Shown piece after piece: positions 63,823-64,000 of a stretch of 64,000 nucleotides of DNA. A model generated the notes under the pieces. It had not been told where the DNA came from. It did not search any database and saw nothing but the letters and a program-made list of their open reading frames with translations. The stretch comes from Nemertoderma westbladi. Lineage: Eukaryota > Animalia > Xenacoelomorpha. The position numbers and the translations under genes are program-made. Location: contig JAUCBJ010007822.1 in NCBI GenBank assembly GCA_032718475.1, positions 180,382 through 244,381 of the forward strand. The letters run 5' to 3'. How positions within the stretch are numbered: the stretch's first letter is position 1; the number at the start of each line of letters is the position of its first letter.

Positions 63823-64000
63823 ACCAGACTGCTGATTTACCCTAAACGCCGTTGCTCTACTTGTTTTTCTTCAGTTTCTCCTAAATTGTAGTAGTCCTAT
63901 TCTGTTGTTGTTTTCTTTTTAATGATATGATAGTGAACATACTGTATGCTTAGTCTGTCAAAATATGTTGTTTTATCAGTTTTTCAGTTCTATAGTTTGT

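Overview
Eukaryotic (probably invertebrate animal) AT-rich DNA. Two host genes sit divergently near the ends: ISCU (minus strand, first two coding exons, 596-1440) and intronless MRPL24 (56634-57335). Between them is a ~55 kb nest of transposons. In order: a decayed RTE-like LINE with an inverted 5' end; a small palindromic element; a non-autonomous Gag-protease-only BEL/Pao LTR element A1 (5081-45982, TSD ATTAT); a near-complete BEL/Pao element B inserted in A1's 3' LTR (16538-45360, TSD TATTA, TA..TA termini); an inverted A-family copy A2 inserted in an extra zinc-knuckle ORF of B (29592-41970, TSD ACAGT); a 5'-truncated relative C (46163-~54890); and a CR1/L2-type 3' fragment. A CRE-like non-LTR element with a Ulp1 protease, RT and restriction-like endonuclease ends the window. 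Main finding: neither LTR family has a tRNA-type (TGG) primer-binding site. In both, the 11 nt directly after the 5' LTR are the exact reverse complement of an 11-mer inside their own LTR, next to a predicted multi-helix RNA junction. This suggests tRNA-independent self-priming in BEL/Pao elements. Element B also carries a Pol III tRNA-like cassette in its LTR and nine dispersed copies of a frame-independent hairpin. All alignments and folds were done by eye.
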